Assembly: GCA_038328755.1 (NCBI GenBank) | Contig: JBBQMH010000002.1 | Span: 12,175-76,174, forward strand | Length of the DNA: 64,000 nt | Reading direction: 5' to 3' | From: Candidatus Limnocylindrales bacterium | GTDB lineage: Bacteria; Chloroflexota; Limnocylindria; Limnocylindrales; CSP1-4 | In this document: piece after piece, positions 44,601 through 54,999 of the stretch | Layout of the letters: the number at the start of each line of letters is the position of its first letter | Numbering within the stretch: the first letter of the stretch is position 1 | The notes under the pieces: generated by a model | Databases searched by the model: none | What the model saw: the letters and a program-made list of their open reading frames with translations, nothing else | Told to the model about the DNA's origin: nothing | Made by a program: the position numbers and the translations under genes

Positions 44601-45650
44601 ATGAGCGTCGCGGCCGCACCCACGGCGTCTGCCCCGGCGGCCACCGTCGAGGTCGAGGATCTCGTCAAGGTCTATCCCGGTGGCACGCGGGCGGTCGACG
44701 GGATCTCGTTCAGTGTCGGTCGGGGCGAGTTCCTGGGTCTGCTCGGGCCAAACGGCGCCGGCAAGACCACGACCATCAAGATCCTCGCGACGCTCCTTCG
44801 TCCCACGTCGGGCCGGGCACGGGTAGCGGGCCTGGACGTCACGCACGATCCCGCCGCCGTTCGGCGGCGGATCGGATTCGCGACGCAGGCCGTCACGATC
44901 GACCAGATGGCCACTGGCCGCGAGAACCTCAGCCTCATCGGCCATCTCCACGGGATGTCGGGGCACGAGCTCCGGTCGCGTGTCGAGGAGCTCCTGGAGC
45001 TGATGGGGCTCACGGATGTGGCGCGAAAGTTGGCCGGAACGTACTCGGGCGGGATGCGGCGTCGCCTGGACCTGGCCTCGGCGCTGGTCCACCAACCCGA
45101 GGTGCTGTTCCTCGACGAGCCAACGGAGGGCCTCGACCCACAGAGCCGCCTCGTCCTCTGGGAGGAGCTCGTTCGCGTCAACCAGGCCGGCACGACGATG
45201 GTCCTGACGACGCACTACATGGAGGAGGCGGATCGCCTGTGCGAGCGCCTGGCCATCATCGACCACGGGAAGATCGTGGTCGAGGGCTCGCCAGCGAGCC
45301 TCAAGCGGACGATCGGGGCGGAGACCGTGAGCCTGCGGCTCGTGCCCACCGCTCGGATGGCCCTGCTCGAGGGAGCCACAGATCTGGCGGCCATCCGGTC
45401 GAAGATTGCGGAGCGCCTGAGAGACCTCGATACCGTCTCGGCGATAGAGGACACGGACGAGGGCATTCGCCTGTCGGTCCGGAGTGCCGGGGAGGTCGCG
45501 CCGGAGATCCTGCGTCGGATCGACCTCGACGGGGTCCGCGTCTACGGCCTGACGATGGACACGCCGTCACTCGACGACGTCTTCCTCCACCACACCGGGC
45601 ACCGGATCCGCGCCGAGGAGGCGGACCAGGTGATCCCGATGGGCTGGTGA
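44601..45650 (+). CDS. ABC transporter ATP-binding protein (DrrA-like)
   Basis: GPNGAGKTTT, YSGGMRRRLDLA, LFLDEPTEGLD, LTTHYMEEA, and a C-terminal extension. Confidence 0.9.
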   Translation: MSVAAAPTASAPAATVEVEDLVKVYPGGTRAVDGISFSVGRGEFLGLLGPNGAGKTTTIKILATLLRPTSGRARVAGLDVTHDPAAVRRRIGFATQAVTIDQMATGRENLSLIGHLHGMSGHELRSRVEELLELMGLTDVARKLAGTYSGGMRRRLDLASALVHQPEVLFLDEPTEGLDPQSRLVLWEELVRVNQAGTTMVLTTHYMEEADRLCERLAIIDHGKIVVEGSPASLKRTIGAETVSLRLVPTARMALLEGATDLAAIRSKIAERLRDLDTVSAIEDTDEGIRLSVRSAGEVAPEILRRIDLDGVRVYGLTMDTPSLDDVFLHHTGHRIRAEEADQVIPMGW

Positions 45651-45683
45651 GAGCGTGAGATCGACGACCGGGACCGTCGCGCG

Positions 45684-46466
45684 ATGACGACCTTCGCCGC
45701 GCAAACCTGGTACCTGGGGCTGCGTGCCTGGCGACGGTTCTACCGCGTCCCGGCCAACCCGCTGAGCGTCGTGCTGTACCCGTTGATCCAGCTGTTCGTG
45801 TTCAGCCAGCTGTTCAAGGACATCGTCCAGCTGCCCGGGTTTGCCGCGAGTGGCAACGGAGGCGGAAGCTACCTGGCCTATCTCGCTCCTGGGCAGATCG
45901 CGTTTACGGTGTTCTTCGCGGTCTCGTGGTCGGGCAGCAGTCTCCTGTACGACTATCGCAACGGCATGCTGGACAAGCTGCGCGCCACGCCGGTGGGCCG
46001 CTACGCCATCCTCGCCGGCGAGTTGGTCCCGCTGTTCCTCGAGTGCATGATCATGGCCGGGGCAATTCTCGTGCTCAGCCTGCTTCTCGGGGCGCGGATC
46101 GAAACCGGGATCCCCGGCGCCATCGGGATCCTCCTCCTGTCAGGGGCGTTCGGGGTGGCCTGGGCGGGCACCTCGTTCGTTCCGGCGCTGCTGACGAAGA
46201 ACGAGCAGGCCACGGGAACACTTTCGATCCTGTTCTTTCCGGTCGCCTTCATGTCAACGGCGTTCGTGCCGGTTGCCCTCATGCCCGACTGGCTCAAACT
46301 CGTGAACGACTGGAACCCCATCACCTTCGTCATCGAGGCCATGCGGGCACTGATGACCGTCGGATTCGAGTGGGATGTGATCGGCCGTGCGATCGTCGCG
46401 ATCGTGATCCTCGGGCTGGTGCTCCATTCCGTCACGCTGTGGGCGTTCCGGAGGCTCACCGCCTGA
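45684..46466 (+). CDS. ABC-2 type transporter permease
   Basis: 260 aa, six TM helices, ABC-2 type, downstream of the ATPase. Confidence 0.85.
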   Translation: MTTFAAQTWYLGLRAWRRFYRVPANPLSVVLYPLIQLFVFSQLFKDIVQLPGFAASGNGGGSYLAYLAPGQIAFTVFFAVSWSGSSLLYDYRNGMLDKLRATPVGRYAILAGELVPLFLECMIMAGAILVLSLLLGARIETGIPGAIGILLLSGAFGVAWAGTSFVPALLTKNEQATGTLSILFFPVAFMSTAFVPVALMPDWLKLVNDWNPITFVIEAMRALMTVGFEWDVIGRAIVAIVILGLVLHSVTLWAFRRLTA

Positions 46467-46480
46467 CATCACCCGCTGGT

Positions 46481-47464
46481 TCAGCGTCCCTCGGGCGCCG
46501 GATCGGGACCACCGCTGAGCGACACGACCATGTCCCACAGGCGCCTTCGATCCGCGGCGGATAGCCGGGTCTTCGCAAGGCGATCCAACGGCCTCACTCG
46601 TCGGTCCAGGATCAGGCTCCCGTTGAACTCAGGCGCATCAGTGGTCGTCGCCAGCCAGGTGACCGTGTCAGCGGCTTCGGCTGGGGTCCGGAGGAGCGGC
46701 TTCATCAGGCGATAGAACGACGGCAGGGAGTCCGCGAGGCCGGGGGTATCGGCCCAACCCGGATGCATCGCATGGAACGTGACGCCCGCCCGTGGGAGCC
46801 GACGCGCCCACTCTCGCATGAGCGCAACCTGGGCACGTTTGGCTCGCGCGTACGCTCGCGAGCCGGAGTATGGGGTCGCCTCGAACTGCAGATCGTCCAG
46901 GTCGAGCACCTGCGTGTACATCCCGCCGGAGGTGACGGCGATGACCCGGCCCCCCGGCGTTCGCTGAAGCAGTGGCAGGAGGCTCCCGACCAGCACGAAT
47001 GGGCCGACCACCAGCAGCGCCAGGGTCGATTCGATCCCGTCAGGGCCATTGGTCTGCTCGTGAACGATGGCACCCGCATTGTCGATGACGACGTCGAGCC
47101 GGTCCTCGGTTGCGATGATCTCGGCAGCGGCCGCGCGAACGGATTCGAGTGAGCCCATGTCCGCGACCACGATCGGGAATCGATCCTGGCCGTGGGTCGC
47201 GACCAGCGCGTCCCGCACGCTCTCGAGGCGCTCGCGATTTCGGCCGACCAGGATCACTCGCGCGCCGAGCGCGGCGAGCTGCTCGGCGACCGCACGCCCG
47301 AGTCCGGATGTCGGGCCGGTGACGAGGGCGGTCCGCCCTGCGAGCGAGGCCGGATCCGGGGCGGTCCAGCCAAAGAGCCGACGCCGGACAGCAGGTCCGA
47401 CTCGGCTGAAACTCGCAACGACGGTGAGCTCCAGGAGCCCGTCGAGTGCTGTACGAAGGTTCAT
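46481..47464 (-). CDS. short-chain dehydrogenase/reductase (SDR)
   Basis: Internal ATG 47464. TALVTGPTSGLGRA, NNAG, and a YARAK-type catalytic motif (SGSRAYARAKRA). Confidence 0.85.
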   Translation of the reverse strand: MNLRTALDGLLELTVVASFSRVGPAVRRRLFGWTAPDPASLAGRTALVTGPTSGLGRAVAEQLAALGARVILVGRNRERLESVRDALVATHGQDRFPIVVADMGSLESVRAAAAEIIATEDRLDVVIDNAGAIVHEQTNGPDGIESTLALLVVGPFVLVGSLLPLLQRTPGGRVIAVTSGGMYTQVLDLDDLQFEATPYSGSRAYARAKRAQVALMREWARRLPRAGVTFHAMHPGWADTPGLADSLPSFYRLMKPLLRTPAEAADTVTWLATTTDAPEFNGSLILDRRVRPLDRLAKTRLSAADRRRLWDMVVSLSGGPDPAPEGR

Positions 47465-47624
47465 GTGAGGCACGGTACCAGACTTCCAAACATTGTACAA
47501 AGGCTTGACAACGTGCGTCAGATGCGCAAAGATCGCCTGACGAAGGATTCCACAGTTCCTCAACGCGCGTCGACGCCTTCCTGGTGTGAACCGGCGGTCG
47601 CGGCGCAGATCGGAGACACCGGCC

Positions 47625-48080
47625 ATGCCCATCCTGCGGGAGCACATCCAGACCTCCTTGCCCATCGACGAGGCGTTTGCCTTCGTCGCCGACTTCGCCA
47701 ACTCGAAGGATTGGGACCCGGGCGTCGCGACGGCATCCAGGATCGACGACGGGCCCCTCGGCGTTGGAGCGCGCTTCGACCTCGGTGTTCAGATGCGCGG
47801 CCGCGTCACGCCGATGGAATACGAGATCACGACGTTCGATTCACCGAACCGCGTTGTCCTCACCGGTTCCGGATCGGGCGTTGCCGCCGTTGATGACATC
47901 CGTTTCCAGTCGACCGAAGCCGGGACCGACATCGAGTACATCGCCGACATCCGGCTGCGCGGCCTGATGCGCCTCGTGGAGCCGTTTGCCGGAGGCGCCT
48001 TTGCCGAAATCGGGCGGAATGCCCGTGACGGGATGCAGCGCAAGCTCGCGGAAATCGCGGCGGGTCGCCGGGCATCGTGA
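47625..48080 (+). CDS. SRPBCC (polyketide cyclase/START-like) family protein
   Basis: 151 aa. [21 protein letters not shown] is typical of the SRPBCC fold. Internal ATG 47625. Confidence 0.7.
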   Translation: MPILREHIQTSLPIDEAFAFVADFANSKDWDPGVATASRIDDGPLGVGARFDLGVQMRGRVTPMEYEITTFDSPNRVVLTGSGSGVAAVDDIRFQSTEAGTDIEYIADIRLRGLMRLVEPFAGGAFAEIGRNARDGMQRKLAEIAAGRRAS

Positions 48081-49357
48081 TGGATATCGCCGTCATTGGA
48101 TCCGGCGTCAGCGGCCTGACCGCCGCCTACGCCCTGCGCCAGGATCACAACGTCGTCGTCTACGAGGCCGATTCCGAGCCTGGGGGCCACGTCAGGACCG
48201 TGCCCGTGGATCGTTCGGGTGGCGCGATCGCGATCGATACCGGGTTCATCGTCTACAACGAGCGGACCTATCCCCGTTTTGTCGGCCTGCTCGCAGAGCT
48301 CGGCATCGCCACCCAGGCGAGTGACATGTCACTGGGTTCGTCCTGCCGCCGATGCGACCTCGCGTTCAGCTCGCGAGGCTTCCGCGGGTTCTTCCCGGAG
48401 CCGTCCATGCTGGGTCGGCCAACCCATCTGCGGATGATGGCGGACGTCGCGCGGTTCTATCGCGATGCCCGACGGACCCTCGATGCTCCTGAACCGACCC
48501 GCGCCTCGCTCCAGGAATGGCTTTCCGAGCACCGCTACGGGCGAGGCTTCCGTGAGCACTTCCTGATCCCCATCGTGGCTGCCGTCTGGTCGACAGCGCC
48601 CGACCGCGTCCTCGAGTTCCCAGCCGACTATCTCCTCCACTTTCTCGACAACCACGGGCTCATCGGCATCGGCAACGCCGTCCAGTGGCGAGTCATCCAG
48701 GGCGGATCGCGCGAATACGTCAGGAAGATCGTCTCGGTGCTCGGTTCCGATGCTGTCCGCACCGGTACCTCGGTCACGAGCGTCGTCCGGGACGGTCGGG
48801 GTGTAACGATCCACGCGGACGGGCTCATGCCGGTACGCTTCGATGCGGTCGTCGTGGCGACCCACGCAGACGACGCCCTGGCCCTGCTCGGTGATGCCGA
48901 CGATCGAGAGCGACGCGCGCTCGGAGGGTTCGAATACTCGACCAGCCGAGTGGTGTTGCACACCGATGAGCGGGTCCTGCCGGCAAATCGACGAGCGTGG
49001 GGCTCCTGGAATATCGAGACCCCGGACTGCCATCGGCCTGGCGACGCCCTGACGATGACCTACCACATGAACCGCCTGCAGTCGCTGGCTGGACCGACCG
49101 AGTATTGCGTCTCGGTCAACCCGAGCCAGGCAATCAGGCCCGGGCGCGTCATCGTGGAGCGCGCGTTCAGCCACCCGATGTACACGTTCCGGACCCTGAA
49201 TGCCCAGGGTGCCCTCCGCTCGCTCCAGGGTCACCGCCAGACCTGGTTCGCTGGCGCCCACCTGGGCTACGGCTTCCACGAGGACGGCTGCCGCTCGGGG
49301 TTCGAGGTCGCCGAGCTGCTGACGGCTGCGGCCGACACGGAGTCCCGGGCAGCATGA
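48077..49357 (+). CDS. FAD-dependent oxidoreductase (amine-oxidase/phytoene-desaturase-like)
   Basis: Dinucleotide fold [18 protein letters not shown] ... VYEA..EPGGH. Start is GTG 48077 or ATG 48080 (overlapping the upstream TGA). Confidence 0.85.
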   Translation: MMDIAVIGSGVSGLTAAYALRQDHNVVVYEADSEPGGHVRTVPVDRSGGAIAIDTGFIVYNERTYPRFVGLLAELGIATQASDMSLGSSCRRCDLAFSSRGFRGFFPEPSMLGRPTHLRMMADVARFYRDARRTLDAPEPTRASLQEWLSEHRYGRGFREHFLIPIVAAVWSTAPDRVLEFPADYLLHFLDNHGLIGIGNAVQWRVIQGGSREYVRKIVSVLGSDAVRTGTSVTSVVRDGRGVTIHADGLMPVRFDAVVVATHADDALALLGDADDRERRALGGFEYSTSRVVLHTDERVLPANRRAWGSWNIETPDCHRPGDALTMTYHMNRLQSLAGPTEYCVSVNPSQAIRPGRVIVERAFSHPMYTFRTLNAQGALRSLQGHRQTWFAGAHLGYGFHEDGCRSGFEVAELLTAAADTESRAA

Positions 49358-50118
49358 GATCCCACCTGCTCGAAGGCACGGTGCGCCATCAGCGCGCACA
49401 GCCCTTCAAATACGGCCTCGCCCACGACGTGTATTACGCCGCGCTGGATCTCGGCGAGCTCGATCTCGTCGATCGCTCGCTCCGCCTCCTGGGCCGGAAT
49501 CGGCGGAGCGTCCTGGAGTTCCGTGATGCCGATCACCTGCCGGTCCCATCGAGCGACGTTTCGGTCGATATCAAGGGCCGTCTCCGGTCGGAGGGGCATG
49601 ACCCCACGGATTGGAGGATCACGCTGGTCACCAATCTCCGTGTGTTCGGCTACGTCTTCAACCCGGCCAGCTTCTTCCTCTGTCGTGACGGGTCCGGCGA
49701 CCTTCGGATCGTGATCATCGAGGTCCACAACACGTACGGCGAGCGGCACCTCTACACGCTCCGTCCGGAGCAGGACGGAGGACCGTTTCGAGCCGCGATG
49801 GACAAGGACTTCTACGTTTCGCCGTTCATCGAGCCCGACGGTCGCTACGCCGTCTTCGTTCAGGAGGACGCCCGCGGACTGCGGATCGCCATCAATGAGC
49901 GACGCGATGGCCAGCCCCTGCTCAGCACCTCGCTGGTCCTTCGCCGCTTGCCGTTGACCGACAAGTGGCTGCTCCGAATGCTGTTCCGTCATCCGTTCGT
50001 GACCCACAAGACCGTTGCGCTGATCCACTGGCACGCGCTCCACCTCTGGTTGCGCGGCGCGAGGTGGATCCCCCACGTGACACGCCCGTCACAATCACGG
50101 CCGGAGGTGCGCGCATGA
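49354..50118 (+). CDS. DUF1365 family protein
   Basis: [28 protein letters not shown] ... FNPASFFLC ... [10 protein letters not shown] is the characteristic DUF1365 pattern. ATGA overlap with the upstream gene. Confidence 0.8.
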   Translation: MRSHLLEGTVRHQRAQPFKYGLAHDVYYAALDLGELDLVDRSLRLLGRNRRSVLEFRDADHLPVPSSDVSVDIKGRLRSEGHDPTDWRITLVTNLRVFGYVFNPASFFLCRDGSGDLRIVIIEVHNTYGERHLYTLRPEQDGGPFRAAMDKDFYVSPFIEPDGRYAVFVQEDARGLRIAINERRDGQPLLSTSLVLRRLPLTDKWLLRMLFRHPFVTHKTVALIHWHALHLWLRGARWIPHVTRPSQSRPEVRA

Positions 50119-51353
50119 ACGAGTCCACGATCACGCGCCGGACCGGTCGGGCGCTGGGTCTCGGAGACCGAATGGCTCGGCGGGTCATGCTGGCCGCAGC
50201 CTCGCGCCTCAAGGTGGGCCAGCTGACCGTGGTCATGCCCGGCGAGCCGGCCAGGATCTTCGGGGATCTCGACTCCCGGCTGGCGGGCGAGATCCACATC
50301 CACGACTCGGCTGCCACGATCCGGATGCTGCTCGGCGGCGACACGGGAGCCGGCGAGGCGTACATGGATGGGCTGTGGTCCAGCCCGGATCTGCCGGCGC
50401 TGCTTCGGCTCGCGTCATTGAACAAGGAGGCCATGGCCATCACCGGCGGCTGGTGGCAGACGCCTCTGCGAACGCGCAAGGCCATCGCGCACCGGATGCG
50501 ACGCAATACCCTGACCCAGAGCCGCAAGAACATCGCGGCCCACTACGACCTGGGCAACGATTTCTATCGGCTCTTTCTCGACGAGACGATGACCTACTCG
50601 AGCGCCGTGTTCGATGCTGCGGATCAATCCCTCGCGGATGCCCAGCGTGCCAAGTACCGGGCCATGGCCGAGCGGGCGGGGCTGAAGAGGGGCGAGAACG
50701 TCCTCGAGATCGGCTGCGGCTGGGGCGGTTTCGCGATCTACGCGGCGGGCGAGCTCGGCTGCCGGGTGACCTCGATCACGATCTCCGCCGAGCAGCACGA
50801 GCTGGCCACCGAGCGGATCGCCGCGGCCGGCCTGTCCGATCGCGCGACCGTTGAGCTGCGGGACTATCGCGAGGTCGAGGGGACCTACGACGCGATCGTC
50901 TCGATCGAGATGCTCGAGGCCGTCGGGGCCGAGTACCTGACCACGTTCTTCGAAGCCTGCGACCGGGCCCTGAAGCCGGGCGGCCGGATGAGCCTCCAGT
51001 CGATCGCCTTCCCCGATATCACCTACGAGCCGCAGCTGCGCGGCGCGAACTGGATCCAGACGTACATCTTCCCGGGTGGATTCCTGCCATCACTGTCCGC
51101 CATCGAGCGATCGCTGCATGGGACGAACCTGCTGATCCGCGACGTTCGTGACATCGCCGACAGCTATGCCCGGACGCTGCAGCTCTGGCGCGAGCGCTTC
51201 CTCGGCCAATTGGATGCCACCCGGGCCCTCGGCTTCGACGATCGGTTCATCCGGATGTGGGATTACTACCTGTCGATCAGCCAGGCCGGATTCGCGACCG
51301 GCCGCGTCCAGGACTTCCAGATCTCACTCGAGAAGGGCCGCGCGCTCGGCTGA
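50115..51353 (+). CDS. cfa: cyclopropane-fatty-acyl-phospholipid synthase-like SAM methyltransferase
   Basis: HYDLGNDFYRLFLDETMTYSSAVF, SAM motif VLEIGCGWGGFA, IVSIEMLEAVG, and FPGGFLPS. ATGA overlap with the DUF1365 gene. Confidence 0.9.
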   Translation: MNESTITRRTGRALGLGDRMARRVMLAAASRLKVGQLTVVMPGEPARIFGDLDSRLAGEIHIHDSAATIRMLLGGDTGAGEAYMDGLWSSPDLPALLRLASLNKEAMAITGGWWQTPLRTRKAIAHRMRRNTLTQSRKNIAAHYDLGNDFYRLFLDETMTYSSAVFDAADQSLADAQRAKYRAMAERAGLKRGENVLEIGCGWGGFAIYAAGELGCRVTSITISAEQHELATERIAAAGLSDRATVELRDYREVEGTYDAIVSIEMLEAVGAEYLTTFFEACDRALKPGGRMSLQSIAFPDITYEPQLRGANWIQTYIFPGGFLPSLSAIERSLHGTNLLIRDVRDIADSYARTLQLWRERFLGQLDATRALGFDDRFIRMWDYYLSISQAGFATGRVQDFQISLEKGRALG

Positions 51354-51399
51354 TCGCGCAGTCGCCGGCCTCGCGGCGTGCGCCAGTTGGCGCCCGTCG

Positions 51400-52190
51400 T
51401 TAGCGGACCCGCCGAACGCGCCAGATCTCCTCGGCCGGCCAGCGCCGAGACCAGGCAATCTGCTCCGCGTCCCGATAGGTGCTGGTCGCATCAGCGGGAG
51501 CCTGGATCTCGAGGAGGTCCTCGACCACGAACCCGTTCTCCCGGAAGAGCCGGATCCATTCGCCGTGCGGCAGCTGGAACGAGACGTCCTCGCCGTCGTC
51601 GAGGCTGTGCATCCCGAAGTAGTCGAGGCTCAGGGTCTCGCCGCCGCGGTCGGCGTCGAGTGGCCAGCAGATCGAGAGGATCGGCGATTCGTGGCTGAAC
51701 GCCAGCAGCCCGCCGTCACGCAGCAGGCGGGCCGCCTCGGGGACGGTGCGATACGGATCTGCGAACGACATGGCTCCGTGGTCGCAGAACACGATGTCGA
51801 AGCTGGCGTCCGGCAGGGGCACCGACTCGGCGCTGGCGTGGACGAGTGGGAAGTCGACGCCCGCTTCTGCCTGGAGTCGGCGGGCATGCTCGAGCTGGCG
51901 CTCGGACAGGTCGAGCCCCACGGGTCGCGCACCGGCCCGCGCCAGGGCGATCGACCACTGGGCGGCGCCGCAACCGAATTCCAGGATGTCCCGCCCAGCC
52001 ACGTTGCCAAGTACATGGAGTTTTGCCTCGGGGATCTGCCAGACGCCCCAGGCCGTGCCGCCACTGTCGGCGAGCTGCGGACCGTGTTTCGCCTGGTACT
52101 CATCGCTCGTGGCATTCCACGATGCGCGGTTGCGGCTCGCGTGGGCCGTGAGGCCGGAAGGCTCGTCTGACGCGATGTTGTCGGTGTTCA
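51400..52190 (-). CDS. class I SAM-dependent methyltransferase
   Basis: Internal ATG 52190. ILEFGCGAAQWS, GLDLSERQL and FDIVFCDHGA motifs. The upstream part of the 626-aa ORF is antisense to the FAH gene. Confidence 0.85.
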
Positions 52191-52239
52191 TCGGCGCAGG
52201 ATACGTCGCGACTGCGGATGCGACCGCTAGACTCGACAC

Positions 52240-53274
52240 GTGCGAGTCGCCCACATCCGTGAACGCAACGGCCCGAAAGGCGCGCGGTGGCGCCTTGCGG
52301 CGGCCATCGATCACGATGGCCTCCGCTGGCTCGATCTCGAGGTCGCCCGGCGGCGCGCCGTGGGTACGGATCCCAACCTCGCCCACGACAGTGCCCTGCA
52401 TCGGCAGCCGCTGACGACGCTGGACGATCACCTCGGGCGCGGGCTGCGGGTCGAGGCCCTGGCAGAGCTGGTCGAGACGTTCAGGCCACGGGGCGGGCCG
52501 GGCGAGGACGACGCGGTCCTCGTGGCCGACGAGGTCCGTTTCGGCCCGCCGATCCTGCGGCCGCCCGGGTTCCGCGACTTCTACGCCTTCGAGCAGCACG
52601 TACGCACGATGTGGGAGCGGCGGGGCGGCGAGATCCCCGAGAACTGGTACCGCCTGCCGGTCTTCTACTTCTCGAACACATCCGAGGTTCGAGGTCCCGG
52701 CGACCCGGTCTGGGCGCCGTTGGGTTCGAACGAACTCGATTTCGAGCTCGAGGTCGGGGCGCTCGTCGATACGCCCGCATTCAACCTCTCCGAAGCGCGA
52801 GCCGAGGAGGCCATCGGCGGCTACTTCGTTCTGAACGACTGGTCGGCACGCGACCTGCAGCGGGACGAGATGCCGGTCCGGATGGGCCCCGCCAAGGGCA
52901 AGGACTTCGCGACCTCGATTGGGCCGTGGTTGGTCACGCCGGACGAGCTGTCCGACGCCCATCCAGCCGGGGCGACGGGGCCCGACCTGGCAATGACCGC
53001 GACCGTGACCGGCGTTGACGGACGAGTCACGCAGGTTTCGGCTGGCCGCTGGTCGGCCGCCCAGTACTCGTTCGGCCAGATGCTCGCGCGGGCCGCGGCC
53101 GACGTGCACGTGCGGCCCGGCGAGATCCTCGGTTCCGGGACGGTCGGCACCGGCTGCCTCCTCGAGGTCAAGGACAGCACTCTGGGCCGGTGGCTTCAGC
53201 CCGGAGACACCGTCACGCTCGAGATCGAGCGGCTGGGCATCCTCAGCACGGCTGTCGTCGCCCGACCGAGCTAG
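52240..53274 (+). CDS. fumarylacetoacetate hydrolase (FAH) family protein
   Basis: FYAFEQHV, LDFELEVG, GYFVLNDWSARDLQ, GPAKGKDFATSIGPW, and ILGSGTVGTGCLLE. Confidence 0.85.
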   Translation: MRVAHIRERNGPKGARWRLAAAIDHDGLRWLDLEVARRRAVGTDPNLAHDSALHRQPLTTLDDHLGRGLRVEALAELVETFRPRGGPGEDDAVLVADEVRFGPPILRPPGFRDFYAFEQHVRTMWERRGGEIPENWYRLPVFYFSNTSEVRGPGDPVWAPLGSNELDFELEVGALVDTPAFNLSEARAEEAIGGYFVLNDWSARDLQRDEMPVRMGPAKGKDFATSIGPWLVTPDELSDAHPAGATGPDLAMTATVTGVDGRVTQVSAGRWSAAQYSFGQMLARAAADVHVRPGEILGSGTVGTGCLLEVKDSTLGRWLQPGDTVTLEIERLGILSTAVVARPS

Positions 53275-53334
53275 CTCCACGGCGCATTCGGCCGGCCTAG
53301 ACTGACTTCCTCACGCGAGGAGGTCAGTCGTTCC

Positions 53335-54564
53335 ATGTACTACGTTCGCAACGGCAGCGTTCCGCCGCAGCGCCACATCCAGCATCGACGGCCCGATGGC
53401 GGGCTCTATGCCGAGGAACTGTTCGGTGTGGAGGGCTTCGCCGGCCGCAGCTCGTTGCTGTACCACCTCGTCCCGCCGACGATCACTCACAGGATCGAGC
53501 CGGTTCGACGAGTCAAGATCGAAGCCGCCGACGAGGACGTCCATCGCCATCACCTCGTGAACGCCTGGGGGCTCGAGCCGCGTGGAGACGTGGTCACGGG
53601 ACGTACGCCGCTGTTCTTCAACCACGATGTCGTGATGGGGATCGTGCGGCCCGCCGGTCCGATGGCCGACGGCCTGTTCTACCGCAATGGCGTCGCCGAC
53701 GAGATGCTCTACGTCCACGAGGGAACCGGGGTCTGCGACACGATCTTCGGGCCGCTGCGCTACGGCCCGGGCGACTACCTGGTCCTCCCGATCGGGACGA
53801 CATGGCGCCTCGATCCGGACGAGGGCTCAGCGCAGCGGATGCTGTGGCTCGAATGCCCCGGCGAGATCGAACCGCCAAAGCGCTACCGGAATGACTACGG
53901 CCAACTCCAGGAGCATGCCCCGTACTACCAGCGGGACATCCGCGCCCCCGACGAGGTAGCGCCGCGCGATGAAACCGGGGAGTTCGTGGTCCACGTCCGT
54001 TCGACCGACATGGTCACCGCCTACCACTACACGACCCACCCGTTCGATCTCGTCGGCTGGGACGGCTATCTCTGGCCGTTCCGCTTCAACATCGCCGACT
54101 TCCAGCCAATCACCGGGCGGGTCCACCAGCCGCCGCCGGTCCATCAGACGTTCCAGGCCCGCGGTTTCGTCGTCTGCTCGTTCGTGCCGCGCAAGTTCGA
54201 CTACCACCCGCTGGCGATCCCGGCGCCCTACAACCATTCGAACATCAACAGCGACGAGGTCATCTACTACGTAGCCGGCAACTTCATGAGCCGCCGCGGC
54301 GTGGATGTCGGTTCGTTCACGGCCCATCCGGCGGGCATCCCCCATGGGCCGCACCCGGGGACAGTGGAGGCTTCGATCGGCCGCGATGCAACCGAGGAAC
54401 TCGCCGTGATGGTCGATACCTTCAGCCCGCTCCACCTCACGAAAGAGGCGATGGCCCTCGACGACGATCGTTACCCGTACTCGTGGCTGCCACCAACCGC
54501 CGCCGAGGCGGCCGCGGAAGCCTCCGACCTCGCGGAGCGAGGCCCGGAGGCATTCCCGGACTGA
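53335..54564 (+). CDS. hmgA: homogentisate 1,2-dioxygenase (short Bacillus-type)
   Basis: MYYVRNGSVPPQRHIQHRRPDGGLYAEELFGVEGFAGRSSLLYH resembles the N-terminus of short-form HmgA as I recall it. Cupin core with HPAGIPHGPHPG. Adjacent to an FAH gene. Confidence 0.8.
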   Translation: MYYVRNGSVPPQRHIQHRRPDGGLYAEELFGVEGFAGRSSLLYHLVPPTITHRIEPVRRVKIEAADEDVHRHHLVNAWGLEPRGDVVTGRTPLFFNHDVVMGIVRPAGPMADGLFYRNGVADEMLYVHEGTGVCDTIFGPLRYGPGDYLVLPIGTTWRLDPDEGSAQRMLWLECPGEIEPPKRYRNDYGQLQEHAPYYQRDIRAPDEVAPRDETGEFVVHVRSTDMVTAYHYTTHPFDLVGWDGYLWPFRFNIADFQPITGRVHQPPPVHQTFQARGFVVCSFVPRKFDYHPLAIPAPYNHSNINSDEVIYYVAGNFMSRRGVDVGSFTAHPAGIPHGPHPGTVEASIGRDATEELAVMVDTFSPLHLTKEAMALDDDRYPYSWLPPTAAEAAAEASDLAERGPEAFPD

Positions 54565-54567
54565 GCC

Positions 54568-54999
54568 TCAGGCCGCGATCGGATTCCTGAAGCGAAGGCC
54601 CGGAAAGCGCGCGAAGCCGCGGTCGGCCGACATCAAGGTTGCCCCGTGCTCGATCGCCAGGGCGGCGATATGCGCATCCATGACCAGCGGGCCTCGGGCC
54701 TGCCCGCTGGCGGCGATGTTCTGGAAGATCTGCCAATGCCGCTCGGTGGGCATGGCGACTCCCACGTTCGGTTGCGCCAGCCAGCCGGTGACGACGTCGA
54801 TCGCGATGTCCGGGCCCAGGGGCGCGGGATACAGCCGCGGGTTGGTCACGATGCGAACGAACGCGAGCAGCGCGACCAGCGGAATCGCCACAGCCTCGGT
54901 TCCACTCAGTGTCGACTCGAGCCACGTACGAGCCGCGGAATGATGCAGGCTCCGGCTGTCGTGTGCGTAGACGAGGAGGTTCGCGTCGATGAGGATCAT
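54568..54999 (-). CDS. vapC: type II toxin, PIN-domain ribonuclease VapC
   Basis: MILIDANLLVYA (first acidic residue), conserved D later (LVMDAHIAALA), 143 aa. 4-nt overlap with the upstream antitoxin gene. Confidence 0.85.
   Translation of the reverse strand: MILIDANLLVYAHDSRSLHHSAARTWLESTLSGTEAVAIPLVALLAFVRIVTNPRLYPAPLGPDIAIDVVTGWLAQPNVGVAMPTERHWQIFQNIAASGQARGPLVMDAHIAALAIEHGATLMSADRGFARFPGLRFRNPIAA

Noticed and set aside
47505-47533. TTGACA-N17-AAAGAT as a promoter feature
   Set aside because: The -35 hexamer is perfect but the -10 is weak. Promoter consensus for this lineage is unknown, so I mention it only under the lipid-cluster finding rather than as a feature.
52191-53280. Upstream part of the 626-aa minus-strand ORF (51400-53280)
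   Set aside because: It is antisense to the FAH-family gene. The credible methyltransferase starts at ATG 52190 (MNTDNIASDE...).
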